Shown: positions 26,006 to 38,857, numbered from the stretch's first letter. The stretch: DNA of 39,165 nt from Octopus sinensis (GCF_006345805.1 NW_021835918.1:1-39165), one strand, 5' to 3'. Notes: generated by a model not told the origin, from the letters alone. Numbers and translations: made by a program.

Positions 26006-26095
26006 CCTCTCCCTCTCTCTCCCTCTCTCCCTCTCTCCCTCTCTCCCTCTCTCTCTCTCCATCTCTCCCTCTCTCTCTCCCTCTCTCTCTCTCTC
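25965..26095. repeat. (CT)n/(CTCC)n polypyrimidine microsatellite
   Basis: Direct reading. Confidence 0.95.
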
Positions 26096-26255
26096 CCATT
26101 ACGATTGTTCTCTTTTATTTCAACACATACTAATTATGTAGATATATTTTTTCCCACTTTAACAAAAATATACAAAGGGCTTAAAAATGTATGTCTGTCT
26201 CCCTCCCTCTCTCCCTCTCTCTCTATATATATATGTATATGTATGTATGTATCTA

Positions 26256-26318
<63 letters not shown>

Positions 26319-26889
26319 TATATACATATATACATATATATATACATATGCATACATATATATGTATATAGATGAGAATGTATATATATGCATATGCATG
26401 TGTGTGTGTACGTATACATTGCATGTACCACTGCTTCGCGTTGTTTTTTCTTGTCTTTTTTCTCCGTTTTTTATTATATATATATATATATATATGTATG
26501 TATGCATGCATGCATGTATGTATGCATGCATGCATGTATGTATGTATGTATGTTTGTATGTGTGTATATAAGTAGGTGGGTGTGTGGGTTGGTTGATTGA
26601 GTCGACAGTTTCGGGCAGCACAGTAATAAAAGTAGACCTCATAACATGCGTAAATATATATTTGATAATTTAATGGCGAGAAGCGACAAAGAGACTCAAA
26701 GGCCGGCAGTTTCGTGCGTTCACACGCCTCAAACTTTGATGAGTGCCAACGCACGAAACCGTCGCTCGCTGCTTCACTTTATAAATTCTGACGATTAGAT
26801 AAAAACAAAACAAAACAAAATAGATTGTCTGCTCAATTGAGAGGTGTAGGAAAACCGGAGTTGAAGCGAGTACAGAATAGAGAGTAGTC

Positions 26890-27283
26890 TTTCTTTTAAT
26901 CTTTTATTTGCTTCAGTCATTTGACAGCGGCCATGCTGCAGCACTGTACTGAAGAGCTTTAGTGGAACAAATCGAACCCAGGACTTGTATTTTTAAGTAG
27001 GGGATGTAAACAAACCAGCACCGGTTGTCAAACGGTGATGAGGGTACAAATACACACACACACACACGTGCGCAAACACACACACACACATGCGCAAACA
27101 CACACACATATGACGGGCTTCTTTCAGTTTCCGTCTACCAAATCCACTCCCAAAGCTTCAGTAGCAGACACTTGCTCGAGGCTATAGCAGAAGACACCTG
27201 CTCAACGTGACAAGCAGTGGGACTGAACCCGGGACCATGTGGTTGGGAAGTAAGCTTCTTACCACACAGCCACGCCTGCACCT
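26890..27283 (-). mobile_element. tRNA-derived SINE with internal (TG)n
   Basis: Minus-strand head AGGCGTGGCTGTGTGGTAAG..CCCGGGTTCAGTCCCACTG; tail ..CAGCATGGCCGCTGTCAAATGACTGAAGC. Confidence 0.85.
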
Positions 27284-27309
27284 ATATTTACTTGGGTATG
27301 TGTATGTTT

Positions 27310-27510
27310 GTTCTCCCCTCCACTATTGCTTGACAACCGATGTTGCTGTGTTTATGTCCCTGTAACTTAGTGGTTCGGCAAAATAGGTCGATACAATAAG
27401 TACTAGGCTTACAAACGATAATTCCTCGAGTAAATTTCTTCGGCTAAAACCCTTTAAGGCGGTGCTCCAGCATAGCCGTAGTCAAATGAAACATGTAAAA
27501 GAATAAAAGA
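27310..27510 (+). mobile_element. 3' half of the same SINE family, opposite orientation
   Basis: GCTTGACAACCGATG..GGTTCGGCAAAA..AAGGCGGTGCTCCAGCATAGCCG..AAAAGAATAAAAGAATA. Confidence 0.8.
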
Positions 27511-27519
27511 ATATGTATG

Positions 27520-27551
<32 letters not shown>

Positions 27552-27595
27552 TATATAGTAATGCAATACGGTACTTCGTTGTACCATATATTTAC

Positions 27596-27653
<58 letters not shown>

Positions 27654-28249
27654 TATATATATGTATATATATATGTATATATATATGTGTGTGTGTTTGT
27701 GTGTATTTGTTTGTATGTGTGTATTTTTTTGTGTTGTGTTTTGTGTGTGTGTGGTTGTGTGTGTGTGTGAGTGAGTGTGTGAATTACGTGTTCCTGCACA
27801 CTCTTTGGGGCTAAAATTTTGTCTCAGAGAACAACAACCGCTCCCGGTTGATATTGTGCATGAAAACGCAACAATCTCCAAAATATGTTAGCAAACTATC
27901 AAAACTTAACGTTTCGGCTTAATTTCTCCGCCTCAGTAGTAGACACCGCCTCTGTCCCTTGAAATTAGGTGAGAATTTCTGTCCTTGTGAAGATATCAGT
28001 AAGCAACATTTGCTGGTGTGTGCTGAGGTTTGTCAATCTGAAATTAATTCGGTAAACACACGAAACAACGAGCGCCAAAATAATGATGTGTAGATCTATT
28101 TTTAACACGTTCCTGCACACCTGTGCGTATTAAAAATAGATGTAGACAACATCATTACTTTTATCCTGAATGTTTTGTGTGCGTTCACTGAATACACACG
28201 CATGCGCACCCACACGCACACATACGTATCTATGTATGATGTGTGTGTA

Positions 28250-28448
28250 TTCTTTTATTCTTTCACTTGTTTCAGTCATTTGACCGCGGCCATGCTGGAG
28301 CACCGCCTTTAGTCGAACAATTCGACCCCAGGACTTGTTATTTGTAAGCCTTGCTCATTCTATCGGTCTCTTTTTGCCGAACCGCCAAGTTACGGGGACG
28401 TAAACACACCAACATCGGTTGTCAAGCGATGCTGGGAGGACAAACACA

Positions 28449-28517
<69 letters not shown>

Positions 28518-28612
28518 CGACGGGCTTCTTTCAGTTTCCGTCTACCAAACCCACTCACAAGGCTTTGGTCGGCCCGAGGCTATAGTAGAAGACCCTTGCC
28601 CAAGGTGCCACG
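28250..28612 (-). mobile_element. 5'-truncated copy of the same SINE family
   Basis: CAGTCATTTGACCGCGGCCATGCTGGAGCACCGCC..TTTTTGCCGAACCG..GACGGGCTTCTTTCAGTTTCCGTCTACCAAA matches 26890-27283. Confidence 0.85.
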
Positions 28613-29025
28613 TATGTATAAATGTATGTGTGCGCGTGTATAGATGTGTGTGTGCGTATATGTGTTTAGTCAGTTCTTAATGTTTTGGACAGGTTCTTGA
28701 GCAGTATGACTTCAACTGGAACATTTTCAAGAGAAACCAATTTTAGACGAGGTTCAATGATTTAACCAAAAGTTACATTATTCCTGCTGGTCACGAAAAC
28801 ATCAACACATTCCTAAATAAAGGCTCAAAACACTTCCAGAATTAAACATTGGAGATACATGTGTGCTGTAAATGTATTTAAGAAAGATAAATAAAAGTCT
28901 TTAAGACGACGGAATGTAAAGATCGGGGTCGAACCAGGTCGAACCAGAGATGTCACAGTTCTTCTACTAAGGACATGAGATTGGAAATGTCTAAGGAAAG
29001 AATCTCAAGATGAATCCTTCAATCT

Positions 29026-29214
29026 GGTAGACCCAAGATGACCAAGGTGTAGACCCAAGGTGACCAAGGGGTAGATCCAAGATGACCAAGGGGTAGACCA
29101 AAGCTGACCAAGGGGTAGACCAAAGATGACCAAGGGGTAGACCAAAGATGAGCAAGGGGTAGACCAAAGATGAACAAGGGGTAGACCAAAGATGACCAAG
29201 GGGTAGACCAAAGC
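29026..29214. repeat. 22-bp minisatellite (GGTAGACCAAAGATGACCAAGG), ~9 copies
   Basis: GTAGAC/GTAGAT recurs every 22 nt (29027, 29049 ... 29203). Confidence 0.93.
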
Positions 29215-29412
29215 ATAAGATGGCTGGATAATGTGAATAGTTTCTGTTGGTCATGCTTGGGAATCCAGCCAGAATGTCGCTTGCTTCTGATCAAGGGCCA
29301 TATATAGAGGAGGTAGCTGGGGATTCTAACCGCACGACTTTCCTATGAATAGTGGGCGACAAAAATAGATGGATGGAAGTTAATTAAAAGACATACCCAA
29401 GGCTTGATGTCA

Positions 29413-29523
<111 letters not shown>

Positions 29524-29524
29524 C

Positions 29525-30763
29525 ATTAGGTTAACCAAAAGGTCGGTTCGGTTTTATAAGCGAAAAGAAGACAAGTTTTAAACACAAAATGTATTATTCC
29601 ATCAATGATATAATTACCGTTTCGCTCCTGCATCTTTTGTCATCTTATGGGCAGATCCATTACTCCCTGTTCAAAGAATTTCCTGTCTTTACTGGCGAAA
29701 AATTCTTCCAGCGAACTTTTGTATCCTCATCGGAGTTGAAGGTCTGTCCATTCAAGAAAATTCGAAGAGCCCAAAACAAGTGGAAATATGAAGGTGCAAA
29801 GTCGGGCGAATACGGAGACGGTGGCAGAACTTCCCAGCAAGCGTCAGTAACTTCGGTCGTGTCTGCAAAGAGGTATGCGGTATGGCCTGTCATGATGAAA
29901 GACAATGCCTTTACGATTAACAAGTGCTGAACGCTTCTAGTGGATCACTGCATTTAATTTGTACCCATCTTAATTGATGGTCCTGTCCGTAGGAAGGAGC
30001 TCGTCAAAAACAACACCCTTCAAATCCCACAAAACTGAAAGTATAACCTTCTTCGGACGAAGTCCTGCTTTGGCGGTTGTTTGTAGTGGTTCGCCGCGTT
30101 TTTCTCACGGTCTGCGCTTCACATTGCTATGGATGATACATTATTCGTTCTCTGTCATCATTCTCTTCAAAAAAGGATCGTTTTCTTCATGTTTCTGCAA
30201 TGAATCGCAGGTGAAAAATCCGTTTGGCGAGGTCAGCCTCACTCAATCGATGTGCCACCCAAACATCGAGGCTGCTGACGTAACCGAGTTGATGCAGATG
30301 GTTTTCGACACACGATTTAGATATTCGGGGAATATCTACGATCATCCTGGTCGTATAACGAGGGCTGGTGTCGCTCTTAATCTCAGTTGGCCGGTCAGAG
30401 CGAGGTGCATCTTGAACCAAACAATTTCACAATCTAAATCTGGGAAACTTCTTCCGACTCGCACATTTCGAACAACAGCGCAAATCTTTCGATAGGTTTA
30501 TGCTGCTATCTTACCTTTTTTAAAAAAAAAAATAAAGAACGATGTGCCGATAATGTTTGGTTTGGTTCTCCATTTTCCATTGATTCCAAGCACACGAAAT
30601 ACAATTTGTCTCGTCGTAATTTCGCGTCGAATTACGTTGAAGTGTCAAGAGTCTGACGAGTGCGCATGCGCATCTGCAAGGGACAGACAGAAGTTAGCTA
30701 CATATTAGAATGCTTGAAGTTATGTGTCAACAAAAACCAAGCGAAATTTTGGGTCAACACAAT
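29525..30763 (-). mobile_element. Full-length degenerate mariner with both TIRs
   Basis: Left TIR ATTAGGTTAACCAAAAGGTCGGTTCGGTTTT; right TIR 30731-30763 is an imperfect reverse complement; remnants MENQTKHYRHIVLYF, RSDRPT, WVAHRLS, PYSPDFAPSYFHLF. Confidence 0.9.
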
Positions 30764-30944
30764 TCATACATACATACACATACATATATACATACAAACA
30801 TACATACATGTATAACTTCTTATCATAAATTCCTTGGAACAGTTGTAGCCACACATTATTAACATGCTTTTGAATATCTCCCTCTTTGAGGATGTTTTTC
30901 AATAAAAATGGCGAAAACTTTATCTTAAACTAGAAAATCTCAGG

Positions 30945-31320
30945 CGAACCTTTACATGTTAAAATTCGCGGTGGTTCCACAACAGCAGCAACACGTTGTC
31001 GATCTCTTTCCATTCCAGATGTTGAGTCAATATTTCATTAACCAGAAGATTCCTGTAACTCCACCTTATTACATAATTTAAATTATGCAGGATCAGCTCT
31101 TCTAATCCCAAGAATACCACATGTATCTCAAGGAATGGGATTTCCTTTCCCATTTGGACGCAAACTATTTCCTGTCAAGCCATCTTTTGCCTTATGGTCG
31201 GCTGTATGTCGCAATATCTAGAGTTCGAAAGGAGGCTGATGCAAAAATATTGGCTGAGAGAAATAGAAACAGTATAATTACGGACAATTGTGTCTACTTT
31301 AAAGCAAAATATGCTTTTTA
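30945..31320 (+). pseudogene. Helitron-type PIF1 helicase C-terminal remnant
   Basis: GSALLIPRIP..FPFPFGRKLFPVKPSFA, then in another frame YGRLYVAISRV..TDNCVYF; the KSQGQ motif segment between them is deleted. Confidence 0.7.
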
Positions 31321-32892
31321 GCAAGATTCAGTAAATAGAATTAACACGTAAATTATATGTAAAGTAACATATATTTGTGTGGGATTGAATTGTTTGGCAT
31401 ATTTCAAAACATGCCGAATGAATGATATCGTTATATTAGATCCTTTTTAAAATTTGGGAATATTTGAAAAAGTAAAGAAACGCCATTCTCATGTTTTCTC
31501 ACAGCACCAGACTTTTGTGTGTGGTGGGGCGAGTGTATCCATCTACCCATCCATCTATCCAGGCACACATATATAAGTTCTACCAATTATTAACGATAAA
31601 TATATATAAGAGATTGACTCTTTAAAAAAAAAGAGAGAATATGGCTGTGATAAAACAATGACAGCAAGTCAACATTATTATACAAAGAAATAATTAGACG
31701 TAAAATATCATAAAAATTATTAGAATTGGGAATCAAATGTGGAAATATTATGGAGTGGCCAGCAGAAAACCGCCCGGAGGGAGTTCTTTCTGCGAGTTGA
31801 ATGTAATGTACTGTATATGTAATAATTAAATTATATGCAATGCTCTTTATTGTGCTTTGTTATGCGCATGCTTCCTCAGTGCGCTGTTTGAAAGGGATGA
31901 GGTCTGTATGAAGTAGACTATGGGCGCATAGAGATTTTATTTGAGACGAGCTTTGTGAAATAAAATTTGAATGACGAGTATTGGTAACCAGTATTGTTTT
32001 CTTAGTATTTATTGGTATTTGACTGTAGTAAAAAAAAACGCAACAAGTTACGAGAGGAAAATAAAATAAAAACAAACCAAAACTCAGTACATTTTGCCAG
32101 ATTTATTTTACTTATAACGAAAGGACGATGAGTGAAGACTGCTTGTGTGTGTGTGTGTATGTGTGTGTGTGTGTGCGTGTGTGTGTGCGCGTGTGTGTGT
32201 GTGTGTGTGTGTGCGTGTGCGTGCGTGTGGCGTGCGTGCGTGTGTACGTGCGTACATGTGTGTATCTGTTTTTGTCTTGTGTATTCCGTCCTAGATAAAA
32301 CAAGAAAATTAGTCGAACATAGATAAGCTAGGAACCATTTATCCAAATGAATCAAAAGGAACTCGAAGCCATTCTCGACTCTGTGGGACTACCAAATGGC
32401 ACCAGTTTCATAAATGACTACAGAGACCAACACCTTGAGGGTTTTCTACCCATAGCAGAGATCAAATAAAAGAATCCGCCCCCGCACCCTACCCACCTGC
32501 TGTCAATGTTCCAACCAGGTAACAACAGCCAAAACAATGCGCTGGCTTTCCCAGAAATAAAACCATTTCCTTCATGTTGCTCTTTAACGTATTCCTACTG
32601 TGTATGGTGCTGGGAAGGCTCTGGCTATTTTTGTTAATGATGCTGCTAATTACTCATTAATTAGCGGGTTTTACTTTTCTGGTTTATGTTCGATAGAAAT
32701 GCTTACCAGCCTACCCCAATTAATACGGGTTAATTATTGGTTTTTGCTATTAGAGATACAGTATGTGTGTATGTAAGTATGTATCCATGCATGTATGTAT
32801 GTAAATACATATACGTATACACATACATATATACATATAGAAATATATACATAATGATATACATGTAACACGTACACACACACACACACACG

Positions 32893-32955
<63 letters not shown>

Positions 32956-33074
32956 CGTACATACATATATATATATATATATATAGCACAGACGACCTAT
33001 TGCAATATACACTACGGTGTGTGGCATACACGCACACATACACACACGCACACGCGCGTGCACACACACACATA

Positions 33075-33107
<33 letters not shown>

Positions 33108-33792
33108 GACCGGTGTCCAGTCAAAGCGCGTCGTCCTTTTTTGGGCCTGCTGCTGACCAAACCAGACACGTTTGTGTTCTGTCCGTCAAGGACTTTTTCC
33201 ATATCTTTGCGCTATCTCACTACGTCTGTCTTGATAACCGAAAAGGCTTTTTTCTGTTTCTATTGTATCATTTTAGTATAATTAATCCTCTTGCTTATTG
33301 TACAGCCGTAAGGCATTTTCTATTATATATGTACCATTCCTTGTCTGTTACACCTTGTCATTATTTCCTATTGCACATGCAATGTCCTGTCCTAGTACAC
33401 ATTCGTCAGCTTTTTCCTGCAGCTCTATGCTCTGGCGTTCCCGTTAGATAACAATGGTCTTGGTTTTAAATGGCGCGAAGCCATTAAGACGTCTCGGAAA
33501 GCATCTGATGAGAAAATCAGCTGCGAATGTTCCTTGTATCGTTCCTTGTCTCTCTTTTCTGTCCGTTATGTTTTCGCCCAGTTTTCGCCTATTTTCCCCC
33601 TTCTCTGTCTAACTTTTGATATGCCTAAAAGAAGCCTCTGAAATATTAATGCATAATTCACCGCATTTACTAAATAATCAACACGCTTTTTCTACATGTC
33701 CAAAAGCAAACAAATCAACACATAAAAACACAGCAATCCACGGTTGTTACAATATATATTCATGTATGTATACGAGTATATATATATATAAT

Positions 33793-33920
<128 letters not shown>

Positions 33921-34223
33921 TATTTATATATATATATATAACACTCATATACATACCCTCTTTGTGATGTTGGTAAATGGAATAACCATCAATTTAACTA
34001 AAATTCTATATTTATATGCAGCTGAAGATTGCTCTACATTTTAAAACTGATGTAATACATTGTTTAATTAAATGAAGTCGCATGAAGCGATCGTACTGCA
34101 TTACCTTTGGATATCCTTGTTGCTTATTTTGATTATAATCACCCCATTTTGAATTATATGGATAATACTAAACCAAATTCTGGTGCCTTTGACTTAAGTA
34201 CCATATTCAACTGAATCTCTCTC

Positions 34224-34255
<32 letters not shown>

Positions 34256-34358
34256 TGTATGTATGTATGTATGTATGGTATCACTTTAACTTGAAAAGAA
34301 GTTCAAAATCTTCCACTGCCTCGGAAATACCCATCTCTTTGGAAAAACTAGATAAGTA

Positions 34359-34393
<35 letters not shown>

Positions 34394-35291
34394 TCCTTGG
34401 ATATTGTAACAGTACCTTTAATGATTCTACAAAAAGAGAATAAATGTGTCTCCTTGTCGTAAATCTGTGTTACCATGTGTAGCAACCACGATCGAAAACA
34501 CGACATTCTACTTCGTAAAGATATCTGAAAGTACATCCCGAATTCTAGAAAACCCATACACACAGTTTTATATATCAGCACGCACCGCACACAAATATAT
34601 ACACAAAGCGAATTTAAATCATACTTTCTTCTTCACCAACCATTGTTTCCTTACATCTTTTGATTGTACATATAACTGTATTTTTTTGTATGTCAGGGCA
34701 CTTTCGAGTGCTACTGGTAACATGTAACCCAGTGCAACCTGTTGCATGGTCGGGTCGTCGGCGACTAAACCGGTAACCCCACCAAGCTTGCTTGGTGAGG
34801 AGGGTGTTTATTGGACACCCTGCGGGATGAAAAACAAAACCCGTCAAAGGACGGAGGAACTCTTGAGAGTCAACGGCCATCCAATAAATGTTTTTTTTCT
34901 TTCTTTTCTTTTTTTTTTCCCTTAAGGCTTAAAGCTGTATCATGCGCGGGGACATAGAAATAATCGGACTGAATACCCGAACGCGCGGTTAAACCATTGG
35001 GAGTGAAGGACTCTTAGCCTTTGTTAGGGTATCCTTCTAGGAGAAAGTAACTCAGGTAACTGGGATAACTCCGACATAAAACCCTGCGGCTCAGTGGTTA
35101 CCGATGATGTTGACTTGTTCTTCTTTTCGGATTATGGTTGCTGTTGCTTAGTGAGTGGGATTGACTCAGTGCACAGTCTTTCCTCACTTAAAAAAAATCT
35201 TTTTGCACAGGTATTGCACGATAACTACATTGGATTGATTAAAGTGATTAACTAATTCATGATTGTTGATAGTGCTGTGAGTCTCAAATGA

Positions 35292-36196
35292 ATGGCTGAC
35301 CGTAGCCTTAAAAAGCAAAAATCAATGATGTACCAAAACAGTATAAAAATAAATGGCAGTAAGGACTCTGGAACCACATCAGCTGAAAGAGTCTGGCCCG
35401 GCAGGGGCTCCAGAGCGTCACAAGCTGAACCCGGCCGTCATCATGCTACTGTGATAGAACCAAAGAAAATAATGAATATTGGCTGTTGGAATGTACGGAT
35501 ACTGCTTGACCACAAGTCCTCTGAATGTCCTGAAAGAAGGACTGCGCTTGTTGCGAAGGAGCTTCATCGCTATGATCTTGACATCGTTGCTTTATCTGAG
35601 ACGAGATTACCTGGAGATGGTCATCTTACAGAATCTTGTGGAAAATATACATTCTTTTGGAAAGGGAGAGATGAAAAGCTTAGAGGAGAAGCTGGAGTGG
35701 CATTTGCTGTTAAGACTACTCTTGTGGACAAGTTTGAAGAATTCCCAGTCGGAATTAATGAGCGTCTTATGTCCATGAGAATTCCTTTGGCTAAAGGAAA
35801 TTATTTGACCTTGGTGAGTGTGTATGCTCCAACTATGTGCTATACTGATGACGAAAAACTTTCTTTCTTCCATGCTTTGAAGGGCATTATAAGAAATATC
35901 CCTCGGGCAGACCAAGTCATCCTACTAGATGACTTTAATGCTAGAGTGGGTAGGGATGTAATAGTAATGGCATGCTTTTGCTGCAGATGTGTGAGGAGCT
36001 GAGTCTGTGTGTTACCAATACCATGTTTCAACAAAAGAATAAGCTTAAGACTACATGGATGCACCCTGCATCTAAAGAATGGCATATTCTGGATTACATC
36101 CTAGTTAGGGTGCGTGACAGACAGGATGTGCAGTGTGTTCGTGTTCTTCGTGGAGCTGAGTGTTGGACTGACCACCTCCTAGTACGTGCAAAGTGA
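35292..36196 (+). pseudogene. RTE APE endonuclease domain (frameshifted)
   Basis: IGCWNVR, ERRTALVAKEL, DIVALSETR, VYAPT, DFNARVG, then after a deletion/shift NGMLLLQMC, TWMHP, LDYIL, WTDHLLV. Confidence 0.92.
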
Positions 36197-36230
36197 AATT
36201 AGTCACAAAACATAAAATCCGAGCTGCAGG

Positions 36231-38480
36231 ATGACCCTGCCTAAAAGACTGAATGTTGATCGTCTTAGGTATAATAGTGTGAAGAGAACTTTACGAGAGG
36301 AAATGAATGCTGCAGATATTGGGGAGGATTGGCCGACCCTTAAAAAGTCAGTTTATGATATAGGCAAGAAAGTTCTGGGATTGATACAAAGAAAGCATCA
36401 AGATTGGTTCAAAGAAAATGATGAACATATAGATGATTTATTGGCTGATAAAAGACGTACTTTGTCACGCTATTTGTCAGCAAAGTCACAGGAAAGGGAA
36501 GTGTTGCATAGGAAATTCAAGGACGTAAAATCACGTGTGAGGCAAAGGCTCTCTCAGCTGAGGGATACGTGGCGGAGTAAGAAGGCTGATGAGATACAGG
36601 CGGCATCAGATTCCAATAACACAAAGCTGTTGTATGGTCTCTTGCGAGAAGTTTATGGACCGACATCTTCCCTGTTGACACCACTTCGAAGCAGGGATGG
36701 TAAAGAACTTCTTCGTGATTCACAAGGAATTCTGCGAAGGTGGCAAGAACACTTTGATGAACTTTTGAATCAGCAGTCTGTAGTTAGTGAGAATGTTCTC
36801 AATCTCATCCCTGGATTGCCTGTGAAGGCAGCACTCGCAGAACCACCAAAGTTGGAAGAAGTTGCAATGGCTGTCTCAAGGTTGAATAATGGGAAGTCTC
36901 CGGGTATGGATGGCATACATGCGGAGTTGTTACAGCATGGTGGTGAGAAAATTCTGCAGAAACTTCACTCATTGTTTGGTAAGGTATGGACTAGTGAATC
37001 TGTACCTAAGGACTGGAGAGATGCAGTAATGGTGGTCCTGTATAAGGGAAAGGGCAACAGGAATGATTGTGGTAAGTATAGGGGAGTATCATTGCTGTCT
37101 GCTGTAGGAAAGGTTTTATGCAGGATACTTCTGGATCGTCTGCTGAAATACATTGCAGATTGTGTTCTTCCAGAAAGTCAATCTGGCTTTCGTGTGGGAC
37201 GTGGCACTGCTGATATGATCTTTTCAGCTAGACAGCTTCAGGAAAAGTGTGTGGAACAGGGTCTGGATTTGTATCAGGTGTTTGTCGATCTGACAAAAGC
37301 CTTTGATACCGTCAATAGAAAAGCATTGTGGAAAGTCCTCCAGAAACTTGGGTGTCCTGAAAAGTTCCTTGCTTTGGTTAGGTCTTTTCATGAAGACTTG
37401 AATAGTAGGATGAATGTTAGAGGGAAGATGTCGGAGCCCATTTCAATACAAAATGGAGTGAAACAGGGCGATATTCTGGCACCGATCCTATTTTCCATAT
37501 ATTTCGCGATGGTGTTCTATATTGCATTCAGAAACTGCAGATACGGTGTTTACATCCATTATCAAACCTCTGGCAGCATACCTAATATCAGGCGCCTTGC
37601 TGCAAAAACAAAGATATTTACCTCTATCATAAGAGACCTTTTGTATGCTGATGATTGTGAGCTAGTAGCACACACAGAGATTGATATGCAATACATTTTG
37701 AATGCATTCTCTGATGCTTGCACTGCCTTAGGATTGACAGTCAATCTCAAGAAAACTGTTGTCATGCATCAACCTGCCCCTGGTAAGCAGTATAGTGTAC
37801 CAAATATCTATATGTATAGTAAACGACTTGATGTAGTTGATCAGTTTGTCTACCTGGGAAGTTCTATTAATAGATATGGCAATGTGGATGATGAAATTCC
37901 ATATAGAATTAGGAAAGCAAATGTTGCTTTCGGAAGGCTAGAAAAGCGCCTCTGGAGTCGGCGACACATATGCAGAAAGACAAAGATAAAGGTGTACAAG
38001 GCATGTGTGCTCCCTTCTCTTCTCTATGCCTGCGAGACGTGCGTCACATATCGATACCACCTTAAACACTGGAACGTTTCCATCAGATGTGCCTCAGACG
38101 GATCTATAGCATTAAGTGGAAGGACCGCATCAGTGATCTTGAAATACTCGAAGGCTCTCGGTGTTAAAGTATAGAAGCTCTTCAGATGGAGTGGTCAATG
38201 GTCAGAATGAAGATTCAGGTTGGGCCAAAACAACTCTTTTATGGCCAAAGGAGAACGACCTCCACATAAACCAAAAAAGAGGTATAAGGACTTGCTGAAG
38301 GCTTCCTTAAGAGATGCTTGCACTCTCCTGAGACATGGAAGACATAGCTATTGATCGTAGCAGGTGGAGAAGGATTGTCATGAGGGGACAGCCACGGTTG
38401 AGAAATCTCGAGTTGAACATGAGAAAGTAAGGAGGGATGTCAGAAGGGCATCGCTGTTACACTTCCAGAAGGAAGGGTCT
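36231..38480 (+). pseudogene. RTE reverse transcriptase domain and post-RT region (frame breaks after ~38065)
   Basis: KSPGMDG, YRGVSLLS, QSGFR, FVDLTKAFD, GVKQG, LLYADD, FVYLGS, LLYACET; continues out of frame as LERFHQMCLRRI..KW, KKRYKD, AIDRSRWR. Confidence 0.93.
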
Positions 38481-38488
38481 TCCTTTGA

Positions 38489-38800
38489 TTGACATGCAAT
38501 GTCTGTGCAAGACCCTGCCTCAGTAAAGCTGGACTCATGAGTCATCTTCGTAGTCATAAAACGAGACAGATGAGTGACAACCTGGCCACTGGTGGTGGTG
38601 TAACATACCATACTAATCATATCTGTCGGGCATGTGGAAGAGAGTGTAATTCGGCAGGAGGACTTAAACGACATGCAAAGGTACATGAAGCCCAGTTACA
38701 ACTATAGCCGGCTATTACCAGTAAAGGTTTTAGTTGCCAATTCTGTACAAGACATTGTACATCTTTAGCTGGGCTAAAAGTCACATTCGATCATAGCACC
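38489..38800 (+). pseudogene. Three tandem C2H2 zinc fingers at the RTE C-terminus
   Basis: CNVCARPCLSKAGLMSHLRSH; CRACGRECNSAGGLKRHAKVH; after in-frame TAG 38705-38707, CQFCTRHCTSLAGLK/SHIRS*H with a 1-nt shift. Confidence 0.85.
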
Positions 38801-38857
38801 AGTAGCAGTTGAGCTTCGTGCAATGGCCATACTCGATAACGAGGGGCAGCCATAAAA

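Larger units (their letters stand above)
34714..38857 (+). mobile_element. Full-length but degenerate RTE/BovB-clade LINE
   Basis: Long 5'UTR, single APE-RT ORF broken by indels and stops, C2H2 C-terminus, ends GGCAGCCATAAAA into (TATG)n. The 5' boundary is approximate. Confidence 0.88.

Noticed and set aside
30661-30672. Perfect NRF1-type palindrome TGCGCATGCGCA as a host promoter
   Set aside because: It lies between the mariner start codon (30573) and its right TIR (30731-30763), so it is transposon-internal.
32345-32525. Short frame MNQKELEAILDSVGLPNGTSF.. with a nearby CAG|GTAACA donor as a host exon
   Set aside because: Stops after 40 codons, lacks a convincing acceptor and has no recognisable domain; cannot be supported.
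33500-33530. CTGATGAG..CGAAT as a hammerhead core
   Set aside because: GAAA is not conserved (GAAT), there is no helix II beyond one pair, and no helix I/III support.
38489-38707. Stand-alone host C2H2-ZNF gene
   Set aside because: Continuous with the RTE post-RT region and followed by the element's tail; no TGEKP linkers.
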